Source: Candidatus Hydrogenedentota bacterium
Lineage (GTDB): Bacteria > Hydrogenedentota > Hydrogenedentia > Hydrogenedentales > JAEUWI01
Reading direction: 5' to 3'
Assembly (NCBI GenBank): GCA_034669905.1
Contig: JAXMOL010000020.1
Location: 1 to 64,000, forward strand
DNA length: 64,000 bases
Shown: piece after piece, positions 1 to 9,865 of the stretch
How the letters are laid out: every line of letters starts with the position of its first letter
Position numbering within the stretch: the first letter of the stretch is position 1
The notes under the pieces: model-generated
What the model saw: only the letters and a program-made list of their open reading frames with translations
Told to the model about the DNA's origin: nothing
Database searches by the model: none
Made by a program: the position numbers and the translations under genes

Positions 1-96
1 GCTACCTTTGCCTTAAATGCGGGGGCATGATTACGTCGTTTACGTCGCATAGTTCTATCTCCTTGCTTCAAAGAATACGTCAGGAGATACACTTAA

Positions 97-225
97 CGCA
101 CTGTCCAGTTTTCGGGGTCCACTTCTTCGGACGTTATGCGTGGAAAAACAGGAAAATTTACCATTGATGCCTTGGTTGATATGCTGGACAAGGCGGGGAA
201 ACATGTGAGCGTCCGTGTGAAATGA
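97..225 (+). pseudogene. Remnant of the C-terminal half of an XRE/HTH_37-type regulator (antitoxin-like)
   Basis: Frame +1 reads SDVMRGKTGKFTIDALVDMLDKAGKHVSVRVK*, resembling the HTH_37 C-terminal signature (SDLxRGK..FS.D.L..ML...G..V). There is an in-frame TAA at 94-96 and no N-terminal half. Confidence 0.45.
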
Positions 226-250
226 TCGTGCGCGGATTGGATGAATTTCG

Positions 251-1954
251 CTAGGCGGACTCGGGCCACCGGTCGGCGAGTAGCCGTACTTTCGTGGCCA
301 TAAGCGTGGCGCGTTCGGCGCAGGCACGGTAGATATTGAGGGTCGTGGTGGCCAGAATCATCACGTCGGCCCCCTCGAGGTTGTCCCGTTCGAAGCGGGC
401 CATGAGAATGAGGGGGCGGCTGGCTGGATTGACCTCGCCATAAATACGGGCTTCTTCATCCAGCGCCATCAGTTGACTGACGAGCTGCTTGGCTTCTTCG
501 AGATTGCCCTTGCTGTCGAGCAACATGACCAACGACTCGGTCGTGGCGATGCCCCGTTGTGAAAGTTCGGCGAGCCCGGTGAACTCAGTCGCATATTGAG
601 TGGCCCAGGCGTTTACGGTGTTGGCGTCGGGGCCGTTGAAATGGCGAAACATTCGCCGGAGCCCATCCCCTTCCAACGCGGGGTCTTCCACATTGGAGAG
701 ATGGCTGAGCCACATGGCGCGGTAGGCAATGCGCAAGAAATCTCGCTCTTCCATGGCCCGCTGGATTACCGGATAAAACTGTAGAAAGCCGTCGGGCGCA
801 AAACGGGTAGTGTAAATGTCCACGTTGGAAAGGTCCGGCCCATCCTGGAGCAGGGGGGCGGGCTCTTCCTGGCCGTGGCCCAGCACATACTGCATGACCG
901 CGTAGACCTGTTCGGCCTGAATACCTTCTCGTTCATCGAGTCCGTCGGGCACAAAGTCGGAGCGGCCCAAATCCTGACGGCGGGTTTCGATAGCACAGTG
1001 CCCCGCGCCATAGGGGCCAGTTTCCCGATAGTGCACGTTGCCGACGGAAACGAGGGTGATAGGGCACTGGACCGATGCGGCGATGTGCATGGTGCCCGTG
1101 TCGTTGGTTACCAGCATGGCCGACTTGGCCAGCAGGGCGGCCACCTGACCGATGGAGGTCTTTCCGAAGAGGTGGGTCGCTCCCTGGGGGAAGAAGGCTT
1201 CAAAGCGATCGCCCAAGGCCTGCTCTTCTTTAACGCCTAACAGGAGGATTCGGGCCCGGCGCTCTTCCGTCAGAATGCGCGCAAGGGCCGCAAAGCCCTC
1301 GATGGACCACCGTTTGTTTTCTTCGCTGGCACCCAGCTGAAAGCAGACGACGAAGTCATCGTCTTTAATGCCGGACTCCGAAAAAACCGTATCGGCATAG
1401 GCACGGTCCTCGTCGTTGAGGGCAAAGCGGAGCGCCTGTGAGGGCGGCGCGTCGGTGGCGATGTTGCGGGTAATATCACAGAGATTGAGGTCATTGTAGG
1501 CCCGACTGAAAACGCTGGTGAAAAAGTAGTTGGTCCAGTTTCCCCGAAGGATAAATTGCCAGTCGTCACTCAAATAGGCACCATATACCTCAGGGATCTG
1601 CGCCAACTTGGCGACCATGGCCGAGCCCACACTATGGGTCACGTTATAGACGATATCAAAGTGCTTGTCGCGCAGGGCCTGAATCTCCCGTTCCGCCAGG
1701 TGATAGGCTTCCAGCAGCCGATCCGAGTCGTCGGACTTCAGGTGGAGGTAGAGCTCATCTTCATCATAGAGTAGGATTTCGTTGATGTCGGGATTACGCT
1801 CGGCGATGGCCACGCCCATCTTCCGCACCATGAGCGCAATGTGGGCATTGGGGTGTTTCATGCGGATCATGTGGATGAGGGGCGTGGTCTGCAAGACATC
1901 GCCCATCCGGGTGGTCTGGAGGATAAGAATCTTCATGGCGTCGTTCTGTTTCAT
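251..1954 (-). CDS. Glycosyltransferase family 9 (heptosyltransferase-like) with C-terminal helical extension
   Basis: KILILQTTRMGDVLQTTP N-terminus, QLGASEENKRW and LVTNDTGTMHIAAS are GT9 motifs. Start placed at ATG 1954 just after the upstream stop (1936 is an alternative). Confidence 0.85.
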   Translation of the reverse strand: MKQNDAMKILILQTTRMGDVLQTTPLIHMIRMKHPNAHIALMVRKMGVAIAERNPDINEILLYDEDELYLHLKSDDSDRLLEAYHLAEREIQALRDKHFDIVYNVTHSVGSAMVAKLAQIPEVYGAYLSDDWQFILRGNWTNYFFTSVFSRAYNDLNLCDITRNIATDAPPSQALRFALNDEDRAYADTVFSESGIKDDDFVVCFQLGASEENKRWSIEGFAALARILTEERRARILLLGVKEEQALGDRFEAFFPQGATHLFGKTSIGQVAALLAKSAMLVTNDTGTMHIAASVQCPITLVSVGNVHYRETGPYGAGHCAIETRRQDLGRSDFVPDGLDEREGIQAEQVYAVMQYVLGHGQEEPAPLLQDGPDLSNVDIYTTRFAPDGFLQFYPVIQRAMEERDFLRIAYRAMWLSHLSNVEDPALEGDGLRRMFRHFNGPDANTVNAWATQYATEFTGLAELSQRGIATTESLVMLLDSKGNLEEAKQLVSQLMALDEEARIYGEVNPASRPLILMARFERDNLEGADVMILATTTLNIYRACAERATLMATKVRLLADRWPESA

Positions 1955-1956
1955 CG

Positions 1957-3747
1957 CTAGCGCACCAACTTGGCCATGGCGTCGGCGTTGTCCTTCACCT
2001 GGCACATGTAGGTGAAAATGCCCTCTGCGGGAGTGCGCACACCACCGAGGGGTGGCGTAAGTTGGGACATGAACTCATAGGTGAAGGGCATTTCCTCGGG
2101 AATGGAGGAGAGCCATTTGTAGAGCTCACTGTCCTTTTCGAGGCGTTCCTTGATTTCTGCTACGCTATGGACCGCGCGGATACCCCGTTTCAGGAGGGTG
2201 GCACCGTGGGCTTCAAAGAGGAGTTGGAGCATAGACTCGGCCCGCTTTTCATAGGTGTGTTCGGCGAGAACCCGTTTCTGCGCTGCCTTCGCCACGGCAG
2301 CCCGTTCTTCAGGGTGGGCGAGGTAGTAGTCAATGCGTTCCCGCAGTTCCCGCAAGCTGCGGTAGACGGGAAGCTCGGTTTCAAAATCAAAGAGCGCGTC
2401 CAGGCCGATGCAAGGGTCGCAGAGTTGGAAACCACCAGCCGCGGCAATTTCGAAGACCCGGGGGTTGATGGCGTCGCAGGCCGGGTCGATGCCATTGTGA
2501 CTGCTGCTGGAGTGGAGGTTGAGATTGATTTTGGAGCCTGCCACGATCTTCATGAACTTTTCGGAGTCAAAGCGCCCTTCGCCCTCCGGCAATAGACGGC
2601 GGAGGTAGCGGTCGTTCCAATCGACGCCCCAGATTTTAAAGTCATAGTCGCCGAGCCCTTTGAAAAGTTCCACCCGGTTGTAATAGCCCGCCCCGGCGAA
2701 GCTCAGGTCACAGGTATAGGTTTCCGATTCTTCTTCGTCGAGGGTGACAGCAACATGGCGGGTGGGATCACAGGCCGTCTGCACATGGGCATGATGTGAA
2801 CAGCCCACCCCATCCAGTTTTTCTTCAAACTCGCCCGGCTGGATGTGGAAGAAATAGTCGTACTGTGCCGCGATGTCACGCCAGTAGGGCATGTGACGCC
2901 AGTTTTCCACATACCAGAAGGCCGTCAAAATGCCGTTGCGGCGCATTCGTTCGGGGAAATTGGGGCCAACAGGTGCCTGGGCCAGCACGATGCAGATTTC
3001 GGGATTGAACTCGGCCACCTGGGCGTAGGTCCATTCCGAAAGAAAGCTGGTATAGAATTCCGTCAGTTGCGCGGAAGGGCGTTCCCCTTTCACCGTCTGG
3101 CCAATTTTCTCATAGAGGGGCCAGGCATCTTCGTGATTGATGTAGCGCGTGTTGTGCCCCAACCGGGCGAAGGCTTGCGCAAGATACTCAGCGATGGGAA
3201 GGGAACCGCCATACATGGGACCCACGACGGCGATGTTCAGCCGTTTCTCTGAGAGGGTCCGAATCGCCACCGTCCCCTGGGCCCCTTCGATAAAGGTGGC
3301 ATGACGCTGGGCTGTCGGCGGGTGGATGAGGATGTGGGGGGCTTGCGCGAGGAAGTTATCCAGCGCGGCGTCTTCCCCGGAAGGGGGGAGGGGCCCCACA
3401 CCGATCAGACAATCGGCCCCGTCCAGCGGACCTTCGACGGCCAGTTTCAGCACGCCCTCGTCAGGCTCAATGACGAGCACCGGATGACCTTGCTCCAGCA
3501 GGACGCATACGTGGTGGCCGAGTCCGGCACCCAGCACCAATACCGGCTGCTCCGGCGCGAGTTCGGCCGATTCCACCAGGCGGCCCGCTTCTTCCCGGGG
3601 ATTATACCGGCTGTGGAACTGAATACCGCCCACCCGTAACGTGGGGTCGCCGGTGCGGCTTTCGCTGAGCTCGATATCGGAGGCGACAGGGTGGTCGGAA
3701 AGTGCGGCCTGCCATTCTCGGGGACTCTTTAAGTAGGTGCTCGGCAT
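1957..3747 (-). CDS. CgeB-like glycosyltransferase with N-terminal MAF/methyltransferase-like region; probable flagellin modification
   Basis: FHSRYNPREEA and VLGAGLGH in the N-terminus; SKINLNLH and INPRVFEIAAAGGFQL (Glyco_trans_1_2-type) in the C-terminus. Confidence 0.8.
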   Translation of the reverse strand: MPSTYLKSPREWQAALSDHPVASDIELSESRTGDPTLRVGGIQFHSRYNPREEAGRLVESAELAPEQPVLVLGAGLGHHVCVLLEQGHPVLVIEPDEGVLKLAVEGPLDGADCLIGVGPLPPSGEDAALDNFLAQAPHILIHPPTAQRHATFIEGAQGTVAIRTLSEKRLNIAVVGPMYGGSLPIAEYLAQAFARLGHNTRYINHEDAWPLYEKIGQTVKGERPSAQLTEFYTSFLSEWTYAQVAEFNPEICIVLAQAPVGPNFPERMRRNGILTAFWYVENWRHMPYWRDIAAQYDYFFHIQPGEFEEKLDGVGCSHHAHVQTACDPTRHVAVTLDEEESETYTCDLSFAGAGYYNRVELFKGLGDYDFKIWGVDWNDRYLRRLLPEGEGRFDSEKFMKIVAGSKINLNLHSSSSHNGIDPACDAINPRVFEIAAAGGFQLCDPCIGLDALFDFETELPVYRSLRELRERIDYYLAHPEERAAVAKAAQKRVLAEHTYEKRAESMLQLLFEAHGATLLKRGIRAVHSVAEIKERLEKDSELYKWLSSIPEEMPFTYEFMSQLTPPLGGVRTPAEGIFTYMCQVKDNADAMAKLVR

Positions 3748-3788
3748 GCTTGGGTTCTCTATGGCTTACGAAAAGGGATGGGTCTGAG

Positions 3789-6700
3789 TCATTGCGTATC
3801 CGAGGGGCCGGTCGCCTCCAGGCTGGCCAGGAGTTTCTGGGCCTCTTCGTGCTCCGGCTCAAAGAGCACGATCATCTCGAGTTGCTCCCGGGCGGCTTCG
3901 ATCTGTCCCAGATCGCGAAGGACTTCGGCATAACTAGCCTTCAGTTCCAGGTTACCGGGATAAAACTCGATGTAGGCCGTGATGACCGGCAACGCGTCGT
4001 CCAGTCGGTTCAGCGCCCGGGCCACGTCGATGAAGGAGAGCAGCAGTCCCTTGTGATCGAAGTTGGCGAGCATGGCACGGTGGATATGCTCGTAGGCTTT
4101 CGCCGCATCCCCCTGTTGCAGCGCCACGAGTCCGAGAGCGCCGTCTACCCGATCAAGCGTGGGGTCCGCAGCGAAGGCCTTCTCCAACAGGGGCGTGGCT
4201 GCGGCCGTGTCGTTCATCGCGAGGAGAAGAATACCGTAGTCTCCCAGGATGAGCGGCATGTCGGTCTTCTCCAGTAGGAGCGTGTAGGCGTCAGCGGCTT
4301 TTTGAAGATTGCCCAGGCGGCCATAGGCCCGGGCGATGACATGGAGCTGCTCAATTTCGTCAACGCCGATGCCTTCGAGGGCCAGGGTGAGTGCCATTTC
4401 ATACTCACCCGCTTCCATGGCACGGTTGGCCGTCTGGAGGCAGTCCCAATTGGATTTACAGACAATGCCCAGGAGCTGATAGGCCAGGAGATCGGCGTAA
4501 TCGGCGTCGCTGATTTTCTCAAAGGTGATGTTGCCCACGGTCACAGAGCCGTCGTCGTTTTTCGGCAACATGCTGGGGGGACGGGCGTTTAAGGGCAGCA
4601 CCTGGGCGGCCTTCATGCCACCCGCTTCAATCATGTTGATGAAGTCGGTGCGGGTGAAAAAGCGCAGGTGCGTGGCATCCATAATGCCTTCTTCGAAATA
4701 GGTCCAGGCCCCGGCCCCGAGCATCTTGATGACCTCGTAATTGCGAGCGTTGGGAATGGAAATAACCACCACGCCATGGGGTGCCAACACGCGATCGAGT
4801 TTCCGCAATACCGCTTCCGGCTCCACCAGGTGCTCCAATACATCGGCGCAGATGATACAGTCGAAGTAGTTGTCTTCAAAGGGGAGGGGCATGGTCTCGA
4901 TGTTGCCCAGATAGACCCGGTCGAGCACATTGAGTGCGCGGGTATAAGCCTCTTCCATAAACTCGATGCCACAGACTTCCTCGGCACCGCGCTCTTCTTT
5001 CAGGACCTTACCGAGGGCACCAGCACCACAGCCTACATCGAGAATGCGCCGCGCACTGAACGGGATGGCCTGAAGCAGTTCCCGTCGGGGGTGTTGGTAA
5101 TAGTCTTTGTCACTCTTCGGGTCGTGGTGTCGCAAGGGAACGGCCAGGGGACCGGTTTTGGCTTCGATGTCCGCCAGTATGGCCTGAACCCGATCCGCAT
5201 AGCGATGGCCGTTTAACACGGTCTGCTGTCCCCGCTGGGCAATGCGTTCCCGCGCGGTATCATCGGCCAGGTAGCGGGCGATGAGCGCAACCGCTTCGAC
5301 TTCATCGGCGTAGACCACCAACTCCTCACCCACCTGAAAGAGTTCGTCCAGGCCGTCGGCCATGTCGGTGATCAGCAAGGCGCCCGAAGCCATGGCCTCG
5401 AATACCCGCATGTTCACGTCCTGATTGAGGCACATGTTGACCACGATCTTTGACTGGGCATAGGCCTCTGCCATTTCGTGGGGCCAGCATTGTTTGATGA
5501 AGTGGTTGGGGAACTCGGCCTTGATACGCTCGATAAATTGGTGGCGGTTGTTGCCGCTCATGCTGGACACGCTGCCGACGAAGGCCACGTCATAGCGCAG
5601 GGTGTCCCGTTTGCAGGCGTGGAGTTCCGGGGCACATCCCAGGGGCATCCAGCGGACGTGGGGGATACCCGCGGCTTCAAACTCGGCAATCTGGCCCCGC
5701 TGCGCGAGGTAGACATAGTCAAAATGGCGGGCGATTTCGATACGGTGTTCGGTGGCCACGTGGGTATCGATAAACCAGGCAGCCTTGGGGATATCCAACG
5801 CCGCGAGCGGTTTGTCCATCTCGGCCTGCCCGGAGTCTACCCAGAGGAGAAGGGCCGGGTTGAAGTTCTTCGGTAAGGTGCTCCGGAGCTGGTTCACGTC
5901 GCGAATGGCGGGCAGGGCGATATCATGTCGGGGGTAATCGGGCACCGGCGCCTTGAATCCCCATTGGAGCAAGAGCTCATCGGGGATCTGGGCACCACAC
6001 GAAACGACGCCATGCTCCCGGCGGAGGGCTTCCCGTATATAGCCTCCGGTGGTGTGGGGAGACGCGATGTAGGACATGAGCACGGGGACGCCGACGCGCT
6101 GTGTGGGCGTGGTGGCCGCGCCCGTGTGGGTTTTTGCCTGTTTATCGGCTGCCTCCATGATGGCTTCACGCCATTGGGTGACAAAGCGCGATAGCGGAAA
6201 GGTCTCCGCCACCGTGTCGCGACCTCGGGCACCTATCTCGCGGGCAAAGTCCCGGTCGTCGAGGAGTCGTTGGAGGTAGCCGCGCAGCTCCCCGCTGTCG
6301 TAGGCACTGAATCCGTCCACGCCATTGGTGATGGGGGAGGTGGGATTGGACAGGGAGACCACGGGCATGCCGCAGGCCATGGCTTCGAGCATAGCGAGGT
6401 TGTAGCCGTCTTCGTAGGCCTCGCGGGAAACATGAAGCAAGCACCGGTTGCTTCGAAAGCGCTCCAGGAGGTCCTCGAAGGAAGTGGAGGCCTTACTGCC
6501 GGGAATCTGGGGATTGGTGCCGATGACCTGATTGGGAAGTCCCGCGCAGCAGGCTTCCTGGAAATCCACATCAAACATACGATCCCGCTCGCGCATGGTG
6601 TTGCCAACGCGAATGATGGACGCGTGCTCTCCCCGGAATCCTCCCCAGGCGTCCACGTCGATGCCCGGCAGGATGACCCGACCGGGGATACCGTAGTCGG

Positions 6701-7115
6701 CCCGTTTGGATTCCGAGATGAATACAAAATCATAGAATTGCTGCAGATCTTCCAGCAATTGATTGTAATTGGCGATGCCGGTTTCCGTGTCACCCTGTAT
6801 GGTCGTGTTCAGGAAAGTGCGCCGGTTGTGGCAAATGAGGAGGCGGGCCGCATCACCGTCGGCGGCGTCGATGGCATTGGTCTCGTTCTGCGCGATGACC
6901 ACATCGTAGTAGCCCGACTTGACCCGGCTGCGCCACTCCTGCTCTCCGACGAAAGTCAGGTTAGACGGTGCCGGGCGAAAGGCCTGTTGCCAGATGCGGG
7001 CGAAGTTGCCCTTTTCATAGAGCCCGATATCGAAGGGGAGGCCGGTGGCGGCCATCATGCACAGGTAGGGCTCGTGGAAGTTGAAGGTCAGAATGCGTGG
7101 CGTGGCCATGGTCAT
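3789..7115 (-). CDS. Multidomain glycosyltransferase: GT4 + CgeB-like GT + class I SAM methyltransferase + TPR
   Basis: GYNLAMLEAMACGMPVV (GT4), NMRVFEAMASGALLIT (CgeB-like), ILDVGCGAG and FDCIICADVLEH (MTase), helical TPR-like C-terminus. Confidence 0.85.
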   Translation of the reverse strand: MTMATPRILTFNFHEPYLCMMAATGLPFDIGLYEKGNFARIWQQAFRPAPSNLTFVGEQEWRSRVKSGYYDVVIAQNETNAIDAADGDAARLLICHNRRTFLNTTIQGDTETGIANYNQLLEDLQQFYDFVFISESKRADYGIPGRVILPGIDVDAWGGFRGEHASIIRVGNTMRERDRMFDVDFQEACCAGLPNQVIGTNPQIPGSKASTSFEDLLERFRSNRCLLHVSREAYEDGYNLAMLEAMACGMPVVSLSNPTSPITNGVDGFSAYDSGELRGYLQRLLDDRDFAREIGARGRDTVAETFPLSRFVTQWREAIMEAADKQAKTHTGAATTPTQRVGVPVLMSYIASPHTTGGYIREALRREHGVVSCGAQIPDELLLQWGFKAPVPDYPRHDIALPAIRDVNQLRSTLPKNFNPALLLWVDSGQAEMDKPLAALDIPKAAWFIDTHVATEHRIEIARHFDYVYLAQRGQIAEFEAAGIPHVRWMPLGCAPELHACKRDTLRYDVAFVGSVSSMSGNNRHQFIERIKAEFPNHFIKQCWPHEMAEAYAQSKIVVNMCLNQDVNMRVFEAMASGALLITDMADGLDELFQVGEELVVYADEVEAVALIARYLADDTARERIAQRGQQTVLNGHRYADRVQAILADIEAKTGPLAVPLRHHDPKSDKDYYQHPRRELLQAIPFSARRILDVGCGAGALGKVLKEERGAEEVCGIEFMEEAYTRALNVLDRVYLGNIETMPLPFEDNYFDCIICADVLEHLVEPEAVLRKLDRVLAPHGVVVISIPNARNYEVIKMLGAGAWTYFEEGIMDATHLRFFTRTDFINMIEAGGMKAAQVLPLNARPPSMLPKNDDGSVTVGNITFEKISDADYADLLAYQLLGIVCKSNWDCLQTANRAMEAGEYEMALTLALEGIGVDEIEQLHVIARAYGRLGNLQKAADAYTLLLEKTDMPLILGDYGILLLAMNDTAAATPLLEKAFAADPTLDRVDGALGLVALQQGDAAKAYEHIHRAMLANFDHKGLLLSFIDVARALNRLDDALPVITAYIEFYPGNLELKASYAEVLRDLGQIEAAREQLEMIVLFEPEHEEAQKLLASLEATGPSDTQ

Positions 7116-7738
7116 CCCGAATTGGCGGGTATCTGGGCCTGCAGCAGGGCGACGAGTTCGATTTCCTGCTCGGCGCGGGGGGCCAACTCGTATTCGAGCA
7201 GATCACCGAGGAGGATGATGTCGCCATCTTTCAGCGCCTGACCTGCTTCTTCCAGAAACTGGTTGAGCTCGGTGTGCAGCGCCGAGACGGACTTGCCGTT
7301 GAGCACCAGGGTGTCCGTATCCAATTCCAGGGCCTTGGTCACCATGGCTTCCCGAGATTTGATGTCCCCCCACAGTCCCGCCAGTTCCACAAAGGGATCG
7401 TAGCCTTCTTCGGGGTTTTCGCCCTGGAAGACCTGGGCAAGACTGCGGCAGATGGCGGGGAGCTCGGGGAGGTATTCGCCGAGGCCCTGCAATGCTTCTT
7501 CCACCAGGGTAGCGGTCTGGGCGGAGCCGATCTCCAGTCGCTTGACCTCGGAAACCGGCAAATCCTGCAGGCGATCGGCCAGGGCTTCGGGAAGCACTTC
7601 TTCCCCGTCGACTTTGACCGAAAGAATGGAACGCCCGTCTTGCCGGAGAAACTCACTCACCGCGGCGATGGCGGAGAAGGCATTTTCAGGTTCGCCCTGA
7701 AGGTCGTAGTTGCTTGCACCGTCTAAGATTACGTCCAT
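7112..7738 (-). CDS. Hypothetical acidic helical protein in the fliW-csrA operon
   Basis: 208-aa ORF tightly packed between csrA and the GT gene (4-nt overlap); C-terminal DIILLGDLLEYEL motif. Confidence 0.75.
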   Translation of the reverse strand: MDVILDGASNYDLQGEPENAFSAIAAVSEFLRQDGRSILSVKVDGEEVLPEALADRLQDLPVSEVKRLEIGSAQTATLVEEALQGLGEYLPELPAICRSLAQVFQGENPEEGYDPFVELAGLWGDIKSREAMVTKALELDTDTLVLNGKSVSALHTELNQFLEEAGQALKDGDIILLGDLLEYELAPRAEQEIELVALLQAQIPANSG

Positions 7739-7751
7739 GGACCACCCTTTC

Positions 7752-7973
7752 CTAACGGGGGATTAACTTGGAGATGCCATCGATAGGAACTGCCGACGCC
7801 GCCTGGGCATTCTCTGCCTGGATGGCGAGATAGACTTCCCGGCGATGCACGGCGACGCTGCGGGGAGCGACGATGCCCAGCTTAACCTGGTTATCCTTAA
7901 GATCGAGCACTTTGACTTCAATGTCATTGCCGATCATGATGCTTTCATTTTCCTTACGCGTCAGTACGAGCAT
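7752..7973 (-). CDS. csrA: Carbon storage regulator CsrA (RNA-binding translational regulator)
   Basis: [23 protein letters not shown]...[19 protein letters not shown]...IQAEN is canonical; strong GGAGG SD lies inside fliW. Confidence 0.97.
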   Translation of the reverse strand: MLVLTRKENESIMIGNDIEVKVLDLKDNQVKLGIVAPRSVAVHRREVYLAIQAENAQAASAVPIDGISKLIPR

Positions 7974-8430
7974 TGCTCACCTCCTCCGGCGATGCGGCCG
8001 CTTTCCTTGCTTGCGCCAGGAAAAACTGAATCGGGTAGTCGCTGCCTTCCAGTACAGTCTGTTTGCCAAGACGCTGCTTGGCGTTCAGGAGCACGGGGGC
8101 TTTGAGATTGGTGCGGACTTTGGAGACATCCTCCGAGACGACGAGAATGGTGTAAATATCCAATTCATCGATGGAGGTTACGGCCAGCTCGGCCAATTCG
8201 TGTTGCCCCATACGTACCCGATAGTCAGGGACCACGTCCCGGGGATTCATCAGAAGAAAGGCGAGTTCGCCTGATTCCGTCGATTGGAGCCAGACTACCC
8301 CGCTGTCTTCCGGGCCGGGAAGAAGAATGAATCGACGAAATTCCTGAAACCCGATAATGGGTTGCGTAAAGGTGACGATAGATTCGTCGTCTACCTCGAC
8401 GTTTCCAAATCGTGTTGTGCTCAACTGCAT
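7954..8430 (-). CDS. fliW: Flagellar assembly factor FliW (CsrA antagonist)
   Basis: [22 protein letters not shown] and GKQTVL motifs; overlaps csrA by 20 nt. Confidence 0.95.
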   Translation of the reverse strand: MQLSTTRFGNVEVDDESIVTFTQPIIGFQEFRRFILLPGPEDSGVVWLQSTESGELAFLLMNPRDVVPDYRVRMGQHELAELAVTSIDELDIYTILVVSEDVSKVRTNLKAPVLLNAKQRLGKQTVLEGSDYPIQFFLAQARKAAASPEEVSNARTDA

Positions 8431-8435
8431 CAGTT

Positions 8436-8452
8436 CACTCCGGCATCCGTGC
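8436..8452 (-). promoter_or_regulatory. Putative CsrA-binding site(s) in the fliW leader
   Basis: Minus strand GCACGGATGC is a CANGGANG motif with GGA in a small hairpin loop, followed by the GGAG SD. Confidence 0.5.
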
Positions 8453-8579
8453 TGCGTGTACGAGTACCAGTATGCACCAAGGTATGGTATGGGTGCAAGC
8501 GAAAATAGCGAAAAGTGCCCCAGTGCGTCAAGGGATTAAATCAATTGCTGAAACGACTTAGCACCGTCAGGGGCTTTCC

Positions 8580-8948
8580 TCACGGGCAGGTGCCACATCG
8601 CCCCCGAAGCCAGGTGCCCCCGTAGTAGGTCACCTTGGACACCGCCCCCATGAGACCGAGGCGCTCGGCAATCCACCCCAGCGACTCAAAGGGCGGGTAG
8701 GCCGCAAGGATGGCTTCCCACGCGGCCGCATCTTCCAGCAGGGTTCCCTCCTGGAGCACCCGGAGGTGGCGGGGGGGGGCCTGAAGCTCTGATTCGCTAA
8801 ACCATTGGGTCGCTTCGGCTTCATCGGCATAGTTCTGCCACGCGATAAAGTGGAGCCTATCCTCCGAGCGGGTGCGCCCATATTCGGCCAGACGGCGACA
8901 CAATCCGCAGGACGCGTCATACAACACGGTGAGGGGCTCCGCCTCCAT
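8580..8948 (-). CDS. DCC1-like thiol-disulfide oxidoreductase (DUF393)
   Basis: VLYDASCGLC N-terminal motif; start at ATG 8948 avoids overlap with the upstream gene. Confidence 0.8.
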   Translation of the reverse strand: MEAEPLTVLYDASCGLCRRLAEYGRTRSEDRLHFIAWQNYADEAEATQWFSESELQAPPRHLRVLQEGTLLEDAAAWEAILAAYPPFESLGWIAERLGLMGAVSKVTYYGGTWLRGRCGTCP

Positions 8949-8952
8949 GGGT

Positions 8953-9411
8953 TTACTCCAGCACCGGCCGGAAGCGTAATTCGTGGCCTTCCGGCCCCTG
9001 CAGTCGCAGGGATGCATCTTCCAGGACATAGGTGGTGCAGGCACCCAGTGCCGCTACATAGCGCTGTTCCCAGTCCATGGCCTCGGGCTTGTCCGGGCAC
9101 ATTTTCTTGGTCATGGCAATGGGCGCGAAGCGGATACTCTGGCCATTCACGGTGCAGCTGCTGCGGTAGGTGTTGCAGCCGGAGCCCCCCGCGACGGAGT
9201 CGTCTCCGGAAATCTGGAGGGTTATGGTCACCCCCTCGGGGACAGGCTCCATGGCTTCGGCGGTCCCCGCACGCTCCAGGGCCCACTCAACCCCCTTCAA
9301 GGGAGGCGGGGGGGGATCGTTGCCCTTGGCTTTTTTTCCCACGCACCCATTGAGCAGGACGAAGCATAGGGCCACCAGGCTGAGATTCCAAGGGACGGAT
9401 TTGTGCAACAT
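8953..9411 (-). CDS. META-domain (HslJ-like) lipoprotein
   Basis: Lipobox LLNGC; GGSGCNTY, AMTKKMC and WEQRYVAAL are META motifs. Confidence 0.85.
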   Translation of the reverse strand: MLHKSVPWNLSLVALCFVLLNGCVGKKAKGNDPPPPPLKGVEWALERAGTAEAMEPVPEGVTITLQISGDDSVAGGSGCNTYRSSCTVNGQSIRFAPIAMTKKMCPDKPEAMDWEQRYVAALGACTTYVLEDASLRLQGPEGHELRFRPVLE

Positions 9412-9462
9412 AGCGTGTTTCCTGTGGGCGATGGGGGCGGGCAGGCTCCTGCCAGATTCAAT

Positions 9463-9490
9463 AAAAAACGACGGCCGGTAAGGCCGTCGT
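9463..9490 (-). terminator. Rho-independent terminator
   Basis: 9-bp stem ACGACGGCC/GGCCGTCGT followed by a T6 run on the minus strand, 40 nt after the stop of 9533..9865. Confidence 0.75.
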
Positions 9491-9532
9491 CAGCGTATCA
9501 TATTGTATCGACATGCGCACTCCGAAGCAGGA

Positions 9533-9865
9533 TTAGCGTCGGCCACTCCGAATGTCGGTGGTGAGCATCTTTTCCATGCCCGTTGCGGTGGGCTGCACCC
9601 TGTCCTCACCCTGACGCTGCGCTTCTCGGCGATTGTTTCGTTCGATGCGAGAGGCCACCGTGGGAGCTTTGATAGTCAACTCATCCGTGGGCTGCAGGGA
9701 ACTCTGGACCGTGGAGTTCAGAATCTCCTCGGCGCGTTTGGGATCCTGACTGGCCAGTGCCGGCATGAGAATAGCCGCCAGCACCAACGTGACCGTCAGT
9801 ACGACCAATAATTCCGAAAGGCCCAGACCTTTCGTCCGTCTAGTTTTTCCGTCTAGTTTTTTCAT
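9533..9865 (-). CDS. Small prepilin-type (class III signal peptide) protein
   Basis: Basic leader, then G|LGLSELLVVLTVTLVLAAILMPALA with Glu at +5; AGGAG SD; own terminator. Confidence 0.7.
   Translation of the reverse strand: MKKLDGKTRRTKGLGLSELLVVLTVTLVLAAILMPALASQDPKRAEEILNSTVQSSLQPTDELTIKAPTVASRIERNNRREAQRQGEDRVQPTATGMEKMLTTDIRSGRR

Noticed and set aside
251..1954. Naming the GT9 gene waaC/waaF (LPS core)
   Set aside because: It has a long extra C-terminal domain and a flagellar context, so specificity cannot be assigned from sequence.
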